Shown here one piece after another: positions 27,001 through 40,856 of a stretch of 64,000 nucleotides of DNA. The DNA lies in the NCBI GenBank assembly GCA_000934665.2, contig JYFJ02000514.1, positions 62,001 to 126,000 of the forward strand. The letters are read 5' to 3'. The position numbers and the translations under genes are program-made. The notes beneath the pieces are model-generated. The model saw only the letters and a program-made list of their open reading frames with translations. It did not search any database and was not told the origin of the DNA. Each line of letters opens with the position of its first letter. Positions within the stretch are counted from its first letter, which is position 1. This DNA is from Catajapyx aquilonaris. Its lineage: Eukaryota.

Positions 27001-30000
27001 GCTTTGCTTTGAAATGGTGGGGGTTGCTCCCGTCGCTTTCCTGTTTCAAAAACACTCCTTTGAGGACAACATGATGAGACTTGCGGCCTCTGATGCTCGC
27101 TAGATAAATAACCAGATATCAACGGGGGGATATTTTTTACTTGTAAATTGCTGTGCCTAAGTGGCCAAAAAGGGTATTATAACTTGCTGTGTAGGTATGA
27201 GAAGCTCCTTGTGTGGGTAATGTAGTAATGGTGGGGGGCATTCGGTCGACGTCCTTGACGTCCATTTGGCCCTTTTTTTATCAGGTCGGATATCAGCGAC
27301 CGGGCAGCACGCAACGCACGTCAATTGTGCAAACATCGGAATCCCGATTAACGACGGTTTCCCAGGAATCGTTTAGGGGGTTGGCCTGATGGTGGACTAC
27401 TACTGTGCTATTAGAGGGGTGGGTGCTAGCACACAGTATATACACAGAGGTATATACCCGTCAGAGAAAAGGGGGAGGGGGGATTATACTGTATATGTGA
27501 CGTGTATGAAGAGCAGACATGCAGTGGGGAGGTGTATTATAGAGTGGCATAAAAGGTGGCCAAAGTGGTCGTAAACAAGGCCTGCTCATCACTCCTGACA
27601 GGAGGAGCAAACTACGCCCTCTTCTTTTGCACTCAACTGACTCGCACTTTGCAAAATTTATGGCACCCACCTAAAAAAACACGCGCCAATTAGATGTCCG
27701 AGTCTGAAATGTAGGGTGGGTCAGAACTGCAGACGCCAATGGACGGCCCAAAATTGTGAAATATTTGGAGACACAAGTCTAAATCGTGCACAGTTTGCAT
27801 TGATTTCTGGACATTCAATAAGTTTTAGGTTCATTTTGTAGCCTACCAATTTGTCCACAGTGTAGTTCTGACTCACACTATACACTCTGCAAACAACACG
27901 AGGTTAGCATTTTCTGGATCGTTCTGTTTGCTTCAAAAATTACGACAACCCCTTTTTTTCTCTCTAAATGGATCCGATGTGCGTGACGCGTGCTGCGGAC
28001 TCGCAATTTGAAGACGGTTAATGAGCCCAGTCAATTACCCTTCGTGGAGATCCCTCCCGTTTGCATATATATATTTTCGCACTTTTGCGCTCATCAGATT
28101 GCGTTTACACAACGTGTTTACATTCGTGCTATTATCACGCATTCTGTTTGATGCAAAAATGGTGCCTGACCAAGCCATGGAGGGGCCACCTTGTTGTGCT
28201 GTGCCAGGTCTGTAGGTGGGGCAAGTCCCACGCGGTTCTGACGCTTATTCAGTGTTGGAAACAATTGGACGCGCGCGTGTCCATTCAGCATGCCACAAAA
28301 GGTGGGGAGAAGAGAGGGGGTTAGGGGGAATGGAATTATCGGCGTGGGAAAGGAAGGGGGTCACCTTCTGACTTCTATGGCCATTGGACAAAGGGACCCC
28401 TATACGATTGGTAAAACGCTGCTGCCAACATCCGTCACACCAAAAATGTTTCGGACAAACATATTATTGCCAACCTTGCTGATTACGGATGAGTTACGTT
28501 GCGTGTGCTTCCGTAATTTTTTTTTGGACGGTACACGACCTATGACCTCGATTGATGATCCTGCCCGAAGTTGGCGAATAAAGCCGGCGGTTATTCGGAG
28601 GGGATCGATGATAATAACCCCTATGCATATTAAGGACGCAATCTTACCAGGTCTGGAGGGAAATTGGCTTGAGACATAAGGGGTGGGGGAAGGAGGAGGA
28701 GAAGGAGGGTGGGGGGGGGGGAGACACGGAAAAGAAGGGAAGCTCCATCCCTCCCCCCCCCCCCAACCGTAACTCAATCGATGTATCATTTGGCATTTCC
28801 TTTTCAACTCTGCTGCTTCGACGGAGATATAATTTTCGAGTGGAATGGGGAAAAAGTAAACTCGGAAAAGCATGGAAAATATTGCATCCCCACTTTTTGA
28901 TTGGGTTTTACAACTTTCTAAAAAAAAATTTGATTCCCCACGCAAATCCTCCCCAAAAAATCGAAGATAAATCAGATTGCCCATATGCAGTTTAAACATT
29001 GTGGAATCTCCGACAGTATATAAGTACTAATGGTGGTTAGTATATGGCATGGGTGTCAGCAGTGGGTGCTGCTATCGGACCAAATAGTTGGATCTGGTCT
29101 GCCGCCGCCTTGTCAGCTACTTTGTAGCCCATCCAATGATGGCGGAGGGGGGAAAGAGAGAAAAGCCTACGAGTCAGCAGCCCATATGAATGGCCCAGGT
29201 CCTTTTCATTTTTTATCCTGTCAGGTTTCCTAGTCGGTCAGAAGGAGGAGGAGGAGGAGGGAGAGATGGGAATCCCTCAGCCCCAAAAAGAGAGGCTCGA
29301 ATTCGTCGTCATATATCACTTCGAGAGAGGGGCCCCCTCAAGGTTCAATTCTAATTAAGAATATTAATCAGCATCTAGCGGGGGGTGTAAGGCCAGGGGC
29401 CAACCGGGGTCCTTCAAAGGGAGTTTGGGAGCGACCCTTTTTCTCTCTTTTTTTTGTGTGTGTATTTTTTAATAGGGCACCACACCTCTGGAATCACAAT
29501 AAGCGTCGGAAAAAAAAATCCCCGGGGAGGAATCCGGTGCTCCTGCATTATAGTCTATTAAGGCTTATTTATGTGTTTAAAAACAATGTAAAGCATGGTA
29601 GGCCCACCCCGGTTTGTTTTGTTGGCAGGCGTGTCACGAACAACCGCACACACGCCATTCACAGACCTTTTCCTTCATTTACTTGGCGTTGGACCCATCC
29701 GAAGCTGTGCTGGGGGAAAGTTTGGAAGTTTCTTCTTCTGCTGGGGGGTTGGAAGGAAAAGTACCTGAGGGGGGTCATTTGCATGACAACAACCTTCTAG
29801 GACACGCCGCTGATGGTGGCGGTGGTTGGGATAAAAGGCGTCCGTCCTCTCTCCAAGGGCGACGGCGAGGACGTCCGAGTCAGGAACTTGCGTGATCACA
29901 GGGCGTCACCCCAGACTGCTAACGAGGGGATACCGGTACACACAGTACGTCACGCCCGATTTAAGATCGCACATGTTTCCTGGTCATATATTATTATTTA

Positions 30001-33000
30001 AATCGTGCGTTTCCTGTACCTTTCTTAAATTCGAGAGAGCTCGTATCTAACTGAAATCATCGTCAGAAGCTGGTCTGTTTTGGGGCGTGAATCCGACCAC
30101 TAGCAACCCGAAATCTGTCAGTCCAACACGTGTCCCAAGCAGTGTTGAACATTAGGTGTTACCAAAATGACACGACGTCTTGACTCCAGCAGTAGCAAAG
30201 CCCCCGCATGAATTAGTAACGAGCCTGAAAAAGAACATCCAGTTTTAAATATTTAATCTTCCTACCTTGTGAGGACGGTATATGTACGTAACACTGGTGC
30301 TCCAGGCTGCTTAAGTGGACTTCCGCTTTTGTCAATACTCCAGGTCTATACACACTGTGTGCTATATGTGCAGTGTATGTTTCTGGAGCACGTTTCTGCC
30401 TCTCCACCGCCCACCTATAATACATATACAGGGTGGTTCGCTGTCCAAGTCAACAGTCCAAGCATCAACAGTCATATTGTTACTTCTTTTCAAACTGGTC
30501 TCTGGGGGTTAGCCATTGCTCAAGATCTCTCCTGGAACTGTCTCCTTTGGCAGTATCCAGTAAGCTAATAATAATAATTGAGCCTATAGTATAAGGACCG
30601 GGGGGAACATAATTTGGCAGCAAATACAATTTGATGCTCTCAGGATGTCGAAAAGGAGGAAAACTGTATGCGACGGGGGAGGAAACACAGGATTTGGAGT
30701 CTGTGTGTGTGTGTATTGGGGAAGAAAGATATAGCTTGAGAGAAGGGCCATGGTTGTATGCATCTGGCTGGCAGGCAATTGGCTCCTGAGGCTGAGGATT
30801 TGCGAGAGGAAACGGATCAAAGGAAAAGGAGGAATTCTGGTTTTGAGGAGGGGGGAGAGACATCCTCTCTACTGCCTCTTTTTTTTTGGCTGGAGAGCTG
30901 GAGAGTGAGACGAGGGGAGATGGTCAGAAGGCGATTCCAGCAGCATCTGGGGTAAAAAAAAGAAATGCGAGGGTCCGGACAGTGTCCACACAAATCCCAT
31001 GGATCCCGCCTGGACAAATGACGGGTCTGGAAAAGGGACATTTTCTTGGACGCCAACAATGGTCCGGATTGGGTTCCAGGATTTGCTCTCTCCCATCCCT
31101 CTCTCCAGGAAGAGCTGCGAGCTCCAGGAAGTCCCATTTATTTCACCAAGGTGTATATTGCCAGGAAGGAATCGATCTTTGATCAGTCGATAGTCACAAA
31201 TATGCATTGATTTTCGGTGACACATCAACTGACGATGCTGGCGGATGAAGCAATATTTCAAAAAGAGGTGGGCTGGCAACATGAATGCGAATCGCTTAAA
31301 TTATTATGACGGGCTGTAATTGCGAGCAATAGTCGTAAAGCACTTAAGTATCGGTCCGGACACGCATTATACTTCTTTTGTTGGGTCTGCTAATGCGTGT
31401 TGCGCATATCGGATCGCCCAGTAATTGCCTGATTATTATTGTCGCCGATTCAGGTTTTCATGGGGTTTACGCCGAGAATTTTTCTCGACTTGTCGTGATG
31501 GGGAATAAGGGGTCATCAGCACTTTGCCATCGGGATTTTTCCCCCCCCTTTTCTCTTTTTTTTTGGCCCAAGGACGGGCTTCTGAACGGGGCCAAAATTA
31601 CGACTGGGGAGTGATGGGCGAATTTGCATAATTAGATCTCTGGGAGCGTTCAACTCGGTTTCGGATAGTGTGGGATGGAGCTGCCCCGATATTTTTTGGC
31701 ACTTTTTTTTTTGCGGTCGGGATAGAATTGCTTGCTAAACACTTAGTAATGAAGCAGTGTGTACAAAGTCGCCCGGGGAGATTTTTTATATAAAAAAAGC
31801 CCGGAGAGCCGGTTTCCACCAATTAATTAATATAGAGCCGGAGGCAGCTAGTTCTCAGCAGTGTCACTCGACTTGGAAGCTGACAGATCCTCTGAAATCA
31901 CTCCAGTTTCTTGCTTTCGTTGGTTGGTTTTGTTTGCATGCTCTTTTGTGTGTGGTGCTGTTATAGAAAGTCCATTATGGTTGCTGCGGTAACAGAGTCC
32001 GACAGTGTTTCCCCTCCTGATTGGTATGCTCCACCGATGGCTTCCCAACGCGGCCAAATTGGGTCCCAGACTTCATTATTCATGGTGAGATTGGAGGTCT
32101 CTCCCCACCCACCCACCTGGTACAGCAGACAGCCTCCTGTGGCAGTGATTGGATATCAAACCGACACACACCTGACGTGAAAACAAGCACAAAAGATGAT
32201 GGAGTTGAAGGAAAATTCTGGGGAATGGTTTAGTAACCTGCTCAATTACGTGCGATTCCTGGTTCGAGCCAGAAGCACGCCCCCTAATGGACCGGGGATT
32301 CTGCCGATTTATCTCAAGCGCAGGCTTTAGTTGGAAAGCGTCACCGGTTCAGAGAAGAAAAAAATAACCTGGAAAATGGGGATGACACGCAACTGCTGAT
32401 TGGACGCTGTCAGCAGCGACGGATGCAACACGTCGTTATCCGGCAGTCCGAATCTCGGAGAAAATAACGGAGGATTGCTGCAAAGGATGACGCCAAAACA
32501 TTATAATAAATCGGGAGAAAGCTTGGAAAATGCAGGGTCCAAACCATATAGAGTTGAAGGCGATATTTGTTGACCTCGAGCGAGGAACCGAGCCATCATA
32601 TGCTGATTTACTTCAAACGCAATGTATGAAATAACCTGGAAGGTATGCGGACGCGCGATTTTTCATCATGCAAAAAAGAGAGGGTGGGCTGATATCCGTG
32701 CACTTTGACCTGGCAAGAATGAGATGAGCCCGAGTCATAAACACACGTGTGCTCCGTTACGAAATCCTCAAAAATTTTGAAAAAAAAGAGGTGGGAGGCG
32801 TGGACACCGCAATTAATAACCGGTTTTATGTATGCTGGGCAGCGGCCAGTTGTGCGCCCAACTCGGCGAGTCTAATTAGAGAATAATTTTGTCACAATAA
32901 ATTACTCCGCTGCAAGAAGTGCCCTGTCTCAACAGGTACCCAGAATCATTAATATTTATACTATACATTCTACAGCAGACTGCATTGCCCAAGTGTTGAC

Positions 33001-33015
33001 TTCCAATGACCATCA

Positions 33016-33037
33016 ATGATGATGATGATGATGATGA
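33016..33037. repeat. (ATG)n microsatellite
   Basis: Read directly. It explains the poly-His and poly-Ser runs in spurious minus-strand ORFs. Confidence 0.9.
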
Positions 33038-36000
33038 AGTATACTTGACGCCAATGTAGAGAAAGTGTGGCTGTGCCAATGAGCCGAAAATACGACCAAT
33101 TTCGCAACACTTTTTTCTCCGAATCGGAAGGTCAGTGTATGTATTTTTATGTGGACAACTACGCGTTGGTGAAACAGAGAGCAACATACCCCGCATGAAG
33201 TTGCCTTTGAGGCTAAGAAACACGTGCGTTTTAAAAGGGGGCATGTCATGCGACTCTTGTTGGCTTCTTCTAAGGAGCTTGGTTGCTGATTGGTTTGAGA
33301 AGTCGGCAAACAAGGCGGCTCCGGTGCTCAAGAAGTGGAGGAATTTCATCTCCCAGGCTGCCAACTGGAAAGCAGATCTGGCTATATAATAAGGAGGAAG
33401 AGGAGGAGGAGGATCTGACAGGCTGGAAGCCACGAGCTGTCATTCCCGCTGGGCATAACTGCCAGGGGGTATAATACTTTCCAAAAAAAATCAACCCACA
33501 TAGACCTACATACGCTCTCGGGTTTTACTAACAGGCCTCACCTTATTTATATTTGTTGGACCTGCTCCATCGGGTCTTCCCGGAAAACGACTGGCGCCAC
33601 ATTTTGGATCCAATTAGAGCGTATTAACTCGAGACCACCGGTTCCAAGCTGAAGGTGCTGGTTTATTCACTCTCAATGAAACAAGCTCTTCGTATATAAT
33701 GACCATCGACAATTTTGGCATCAAACCGTGTGTTCTGTAATTATGTGTTCATGCTATGCAAATTCGCATGGGCCGTATTGACAATCAGCGTTGTGTATCA
33801 GCCAATATTGAAACTGCGACAAAGTAATAACTATGCTCTATAATTAAAAGTTAGCCCAATGGTGCCTGTGAGCCACTTTTGAAAATCGATTCAATTGTGA
33901 CCTTCCCGCAGAATTTGAATTATTGGAACATGTGCTGAACTTTGCAAAAGCAAGGACGATATTTCTCAAGTAAGAAGCACTTCAATTATACTATGCAGTA
34001 TGAATTAATTCTGGGCTTACTTTGACGCGTCTGAATCCGTGTTGCGACAAATTTTTTATGCGGATTTATGTCGTGGCGACCAGCGCTAATGGCGGTATAA
34101 AATATGTCCATTTTCTGCTCCTAATTATTATTTGCGAGTGCAAATACGGGTCGGGGCCGTTACAAGCCCGGATAATTGGTGTGGTGACAAAAATGTGGCG
34201 AATTCCCCGAATGCAGCCCAGCCAGTCCAACTCGGCGCAATATATTCGCAAATGTCCGTCACGCTCGATTATTAAAACGCATTGGGGGCTGCCAGCCCGG
34301 AAAATAAATCCGGGTCTCTGAGAGAGGCGGAATACAAAAAAAAACTGTAAAAAAAGACGTAATTTTTCTGTCGCATGGTCCCATCTGGTCCTGGATTTGC
34401 TTGGAATTGAGGTACCCCCGCGAGAGTGCGAATATTTCGCGAAAATTCTACACGTGTCTGATGAGATAGACGCTTCTTGACAAACAGGCCTGAGGGAGTC
34501 TTTGCCAGCGGGGCAGGCTGTCTGAGGATATTATATTCAGGCGGGGTTTTTGGCGGCTTCCAGCAGATGATGCCTCATTTCCACATCTGCTGGGCCCAAA
34601 GGGGGGGGGGGGGGGGATGTTTTTTTTTCTCTTCTTCTTCGAGTGAGGCACGAGCCGCCTCCCGCCATGTTTGTCTTCTCTTTTTGGCCTCATCCCGCCC
34701 CCCTGCTTACAGAATTACTTAACCAAATGAAAGAGTGGCATTCATCCGGGGTGAGGAAACTCACACCCGCATCATATGTAGCCCACATCCTCAGAGAGAG
34801 CACTCTGAACTATTTTTTTTAAATATACAAAAATTGTAGAGTTTCGTAATATTTGTCATTGGAGTCACTTTCATAATATGGAAATGGACGCCCTTTTATT
34901 TCCACCCGAGTGATTCGAAGGCAGGAATCGCGCTATTGGGGTGGAAAATGCAAAGGGACATTATTGTCAGCGAGGTTCCCTAGGGCGTGTTCGGACCTAC
35001 TTGTTAGAAAGTTGGTAACGACCTGGACCCTGTATAAGTCCTCGGGGAATTGGCAAATCCCGGATTATGTCGGCAGCGTGTCCATCTTGCTTGTCGCACT
35101 CCATACATATAATATCGGGGGCTGTCCCATCATAAAATAATGCAGTGCTGGACGACAAACAAACTACTTGGGCTGAGGTGTATATAGACAGTGAGAGAGC
35201 CTTATTGGATATTCCGAGCTGGGCTTTCTGCATCGTCACCTTTTGGCCCCCCTCCTCGCCTCCAGACCAGAGCTGCTGGATCTGACTTTGTAATGGCTGC
35301 CGTCCAACTTATTGCTTTCGGTATACACGCCTTTCTCAGGGAGGGGGGGATTCCCCACCAGGAAAAAAAAATCCCACCGGAAAAAAAATGGAAAGGAGAA
35401 AGAAGAAGAAGAAAAAAAGGTGTTTGCTCAGGGAAATCCTCACATAAAAGATGGAACAAACCGGCCCCGTTAAGCAGATTTGGAGCTAACCTGGTCTTGG
35501 CGGTCGCGCGAGCGACATTCCGGTGACATTCCTTGGGAAAAAACCGATTCCGAGGATTGAATATTGATGGGTCGCATTGACCAAAAAAGCCCAGCACATC
35601 CATTATATACTATACCAGCTGTGGTGAGAAGAGCTGCTGAAATGAGAGAGAAAATAATTGGCTGGAAAACGTGTTCTTTTCACCCTTCAAATTGATAGTA
35701 ATGATGCGTGATGAATAAACATGCCTTTACTCTTAGCGTGGCTTATGATTAATGCCCCCGCTTGTTCGTGTGCGGGTAATAACTCGGGTTATTGCGGCCG
35801 CGGAATCCAGAAGCACATCCCGTCATTTTGGCTATGCTAACAGGCGATTTTTAAAAGGGGGGGGGGGGGTTTCCCCGCGATGATATTCGCAAAACGCTTG
35901 CTTACATAATAAGTAATTACAGTTAAGGAACCATTGTCGTTATTGCGAAGCTAGGCTGTTTTGCAATATTCATGTTTGCATATTGAAGCGCGTTTCGTCT

Positions 36001-37466
36001 GTAATGACATGTTGTATGACAGCTGTGGCGATCAACCCCGACACAATTTGGACAACCCCCCCACATAAATGATGGGTCTGGGACTCAAAAACGAGACGTC
36101 TTATTTACCTTTTTGCGGCTATACGAGAAAAAAAAGGAAGTCTTGGAAGTTGGGCACCCCAAAACGTGTAATTATCTCGCAAAACACTGTTTTGATCCGC
36201 GCGAGTCTCATGGAATTTGGAAAGGAAGAAAAAAAAGCGAGTGCCTGGCGACGACGTGTGTGGCATAAGCAGCTTTCTTTTTCCGGCCGATAATAATCAT
36301 CGCTCGAGTTGTTTGGCTGGCCTCTTAAGTGCGAGTACTACAGGGCGGCACAACGCCCAAGTCCATACGGCTGGGAGTGAACAATGTGGTCCTTTTCCAG
36401 CATCAGTTTAGCATACTGGGTGCATGTAAGCAACGGGGAGATTCCAGTGCCAGCAAGCAGCATCAGGCTGCGTTTTCCACTGATTGCGCTTCAGGAACAC
36501 CTGACGTGGCCCCAGGTGTGGCTTTTGAAGTGATGCAGCCAGAAACACAGGCAGGCAGGGAGAGAGAGCCAGCCTGTCTGCCTCTGGATGCTTTGCTGAA
36601 ACTCGTGGATGCACGTAATATCTGCACAGGGTGGACCAAACCTGCTGGCATGGTTTTGTGGTATTCAGAGGCTTTCTCGTCGCTGATAAGGAACATGTTG
36701 TATATGTACTGTAGTACACCCACCTGATGGACTCCTGCAAACCACAGAATTTAGTTTGAATGGGCTGTAGGGCTGATGCTTCTCAAGCTGCATATTGGGT
36801 TTCAGAGGCGGTATACCTTGCTGGCTAATTAGAACGCAATTATACCGTATGTAGGAGTGTCTTCGCCTTTGAAAGGAGCTACCTCGTTCAGGATTCAAAC
36901 GTGGATGGAGTGATGTTATTTTGAACATTGGCATTGGCACAGATGTCGATACGTCATAGCCATACGTCAAAAAATGCGGACTGGCCTGTCGATTTGTATA
37001 TGGCTGCAAAAATAGGCACGAATTATTATCGGCAGGCATCAAACCCAAAGAGCTTATACACGCGGCATACATTTGGACTGCATGTATTACTAATGGATTG
37101 AAAGGCTCTGACATTGTGTTGTTGCCGGGTTAGGCCCGTATTCTGAAGGGGTAAGGAAGTGGGTGCCAAGCCTACCATTTTGTGGTGTTGTTTGCAGTTA
37201 GGCATCATTTTCGTGGCTCCCCTCCAATAAATTAATTAAACATATCCTCAATTTGAGGCCTGGCCAGCCGGTGAAGTGAATTACAGTCCTTCATAAAAAC
37301 GCGGTAATTTCCGCAATTACGGCGCGGTAATTGTTTAACAGCGCTTTATATAGGCTGCTGCTGTCTGCCCCACGGGGGAATCTGCTGGCTGCTCTATACG
37401 ACGGATAACCTGTTGCGTTCCCGGGTATAATCATAACTCAGCGGTAACACGAAACAGATTGACTGC

Positions 37467-37487
37467 GAGAGAGAGAGAGAGAGAGAG
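37467..37487. repeat. (GA)n microsatellite
   Basis: Read directly from the sequence. Confidence 0.9.
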
Positions 37488-38373
37488 CTCTACTTTTGAA
37501 CCGGTATACTAATCGCACATTGATTTTGGAGTCCAGCAATCACCGAAGGGCAAACATGCTATTGCTGGTTGGAACGCGGTAAATTAGGATTGTGCTGCCA
37601 GCCCCCAAACTATTTCGCTGCTTCACAATCCGTGCGGCACAGATATGGATCCACTTCCCGAAAATGAGCTCCTAATAAATGGAGTCGGTCGTTCCGGGTT
37701 CGGGTTGCTATCGACCGCAATGATCTATGGACAGGACATATCTCCCTAATTACATCTCCTCGGCCCGATAAATGCGCCTGTTTAGTCCACCCCCCATTTT
37801 TTCTCCCATCTTCTTCTTATTCTCTTTTTGTGCCCTGTGAGAAAATAACATACGTTCCAATGGTCTCGGAAGTTCCAATCAGATGTGAGGCTTGGGAAAA
37901 ATTATGGGTGGTCCGGCGCTCCCTTACCCACAATGGGTACCCTCGGGCCACGGGTATACGGCGGCCGAGTCCCCGCATGCTATATACTCTACCCCTTTCA
38001 ATGTTTCTCGTGTATACTGCACATACAGTGTAGTACCCATTACCGTGTCCCGCGCACTCTTGTTTGTTTATTGCTATTAAGTGGCGCAAATGCTGCAGCC
38101 AAAGGTATGAATTATAAATGTTGGCCACTTGGAAATGAAACCAGTCCGGCGTGAACCTCCTTTCGCATCGCGGATCCAACGGAAATGCTGGGGCCCCCAG
38201 TCATTTAGCAGTAGTGGATGCTGGGGTTCACTCAGGAAAATGAAGCTGACCCGTAAAATATTTCCATTGGGGGGAAAGTCCTTCATTGATGGATAAAAGC
38301 AGCAGAAGCCCATTGCGTCTCATTCTGTAAAAAAGCGGTGTGGAAACGAGCTCTATAAACGGGCTGAGTCACA

Positions 38374-38635
38374 TCTATGATATTAAAATCGTAGTGGGCG
38401 CCTTCTGATTGGTCCGCCGCATATTGTTACCTCGACGCTTCCGATTGGCCCGCGTTCTACGCATGCGCAGTGCGTGGATACAGTGCCTCTGGTAGGTCGA
38501 AGGAGGAACTATCCGTTCGCTGACGGACGGAGGGTCTACTTCGCTCCACAGTGGCCCCCACGCCGAAGTGATTAACAATATGACCTCCACCACCGTCTCC
38601 CGCAGGCCTAGAAAAAAAGGCGAGCGAATTTCTAG
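38374..38635 (+). mobile_element. Non-autonomous Helitron-like element, copy A (262 bp)
   Basis: A|TCTATGATATTAAAATC 5' end, CTAG|T 3' end preceded by a small gcct-agaaaaaa-aggc hairpin, inserted in an A-T dinucleotide. Homologous copies lie at 41620-41802 and 44742-44802. Confidence 0.65.
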
Positions 38636-40784
38636 TTCGATAAAAGCCTATAGTTTGTATTAACCCCTGAGTCCGATAAGATATTCCCGTCATGATCGTA
38701 GGGCATGGGAATGTTGGCTGGAAGAACCTACTCCCCACAACAGGTTGAAAACAAATGCGTTGGTTTGAGAGGAGGTGGCCCCGAACACCAGAGAGTTTGA
38801 ACACATTGTGGGCAGAGTGATCCGGAGAATTTGGAGCCCCTCTTTGTTCCGGAGGGGGGGGGGAGGGGAACAAAAAGGACAATCGGTGCCATTGAGAAAA
38901 ACCCGAATAATAAATTCCTTGTTCGGCAGCAGCATCACTCTGGTCTGATTGGTATGCACCCGCACGAGCTACCAGACATTGGAACAATCTCCGGGGATGA
39001 ACCCTGATGAGTTCTCTTCTTTCTCCCCCTCCATATACCCACGCCTCTCACAAGAGTCCAGAAACCCTTTTACAAGGTGAGAAGTCTGGAGGGAGATATT
39101 TCATGTGCACTGATACGCACAGGTGTGCGTTGCGGGACCTCTCTCTCTCTTTCTCCAGCTCCATTTTTTTTGTGGCGTGTGTGTGTGTGTCCGAAATGGG
39201 CAGGGTGTGGCCCGGATTCATTCCTGATGTGGGAGGAACAGTTTATACATACATAAGGAAGTGTGTACAAGTGGGGAGGGAAGGGCCGTTGGGGACAGTC
39301 GTGAGAATGATCGCCAATTGGTTTTAAGCACCAGCAGACACGCTATAAGGATTCAACGAGGTCATTTGACTGGTTTCGAGATTCCATTTTTTTATATATC
39401 CCCCCCCCCCCTCCGGATATTCCGGATGCGATTCGGAGTGTCCCGTAAACAAGTCCGGAGCAGAAATATTAGTGAGATATAGTTCCCGCCCCCTCCTGTA
39501 AGGAGCTAAGGGCAAAAGTATGGATTTCCTGGAAAGTTGTGGGCAATGACCATAAGTTAAAGCAGCTAGTTGGCGTCGGACAGCCAGGAGGAGCCATGGA
39601 AACCGTAGCATTTGCAAGTAGATGTGGGGAAATGGGGCGGGGGCCAGATCAAGACTTATGGAGCTGACTGGCGGTGCCCCATAGCCAGCAGGGAGAGAGA
39701 GGGATAGTCGGTGCTATAGTGCTCACAATCTGTCTGCTGGCGGAAGGAAGGCGGCGCAAGAAATATACAAACAGCAAATTCGTTGGCAAATCTGAGAGGA
39801 AATGAGAATCTCCCTGTGTGCTCGGGATCAGAAAACTCTCCAGGCTGTAATTTTAGTTGAACTCATCTTTTGCACCTGTGTGTGATTAAAGGAGTAATAT
39901 TTCTCACACCCCCTCGTGACTGCTGCGTGGGCGCGTGCGTAAGATCATCAAGCAATATGCGGACTATATTATGTATGCTCCATGGTTGGAGGGAAAGGGA
40001 ACTGAGAGAAGGGAGAAAAACTCTGGTTGCCAGAGCTTAATTCCCCCGGCTCTCCTTGGGGAAATCCACGTTTTATTAGCTGTCGTCGCTTCCGCACCGT
40101 CGCTTCTAATCGTCATCGAAGGTGATAAGCAGGCGTGAGGGAGGGAGGCTTTGAGGCGACCCCCTTAACAACCGCATATTACTCTGGTTATGCGTCAACC
40201 CTTGGATTACCACTGGGAAAATGAAGGATGGGGAGGTGCTGTATATACGTATAGAAAGGATCAGGAATACTTCTCCGAATTCCAGCCAATGGTCTATACA
40301 AGGGGGGGACCTAAAGTCATTACAGTTCGTGCAAGCAGACCATCATAAGGCCCTTTGGCTATACGCGTATGCGTTTATGATGACCATCATTGGTATTGAT
40401 GGTTTGTGACGTTTGGTGTTATTCAGATTTGCATATCATCCGATGTAGCTAAGACCGTCAATTATGAGAAAATCCTGGATTATGTGGGGGAAATGGCAAT
40501 GGGAGAGCTTTTCTCTCGATTTTAATTGATGTGGTAATCCCCGATTATGTATCTTCGCAATTCATTTGAGTTGATATATACCAGCACCGGCCCTTAGTGA
40601 ATGTCACGTGTGATGATGATACTGATAAATATTCTGTACAATTTAAATTGAAACTATGCACGTGGAAAGAGTGCACAGTTACTTGCTCCAGAGACATGTT
40701 CATTATCAAGCCCGGGATTACTACAGTATTGTCATTATTGGTCGGCCAGTTCTATACAACGTATACAACCTTTGAATGTTTCAG

Positions 40785-40856
40785 GAGACTGAACAACAAC
40801 AAGCTGCGGCACCTGCCAGACATGCTGTTTGGGAACATGCCCAACCTCCACCGCCT
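40785..40856 (+). CDS. sli: Slit LRR exon (72 nt), probable cassette exon: RLNNNKLRHLPDMLFGNMPNLHRL
   Basis: Acceptor tttgaatgtttcag| with a weak pyrimidine tract, donor CT|gtgagt. Forms the C-terminal part of ORF 40597..40860 and fits the LRR consensus. Confidence 0.93.

Noticed and set aside
32219..32284. tRNA/SINE-like segment with B-box GGTTCGAGCC
   Set aside because: The A-box is degenerate, no cloverleaf can be built, and I saw no second copy.
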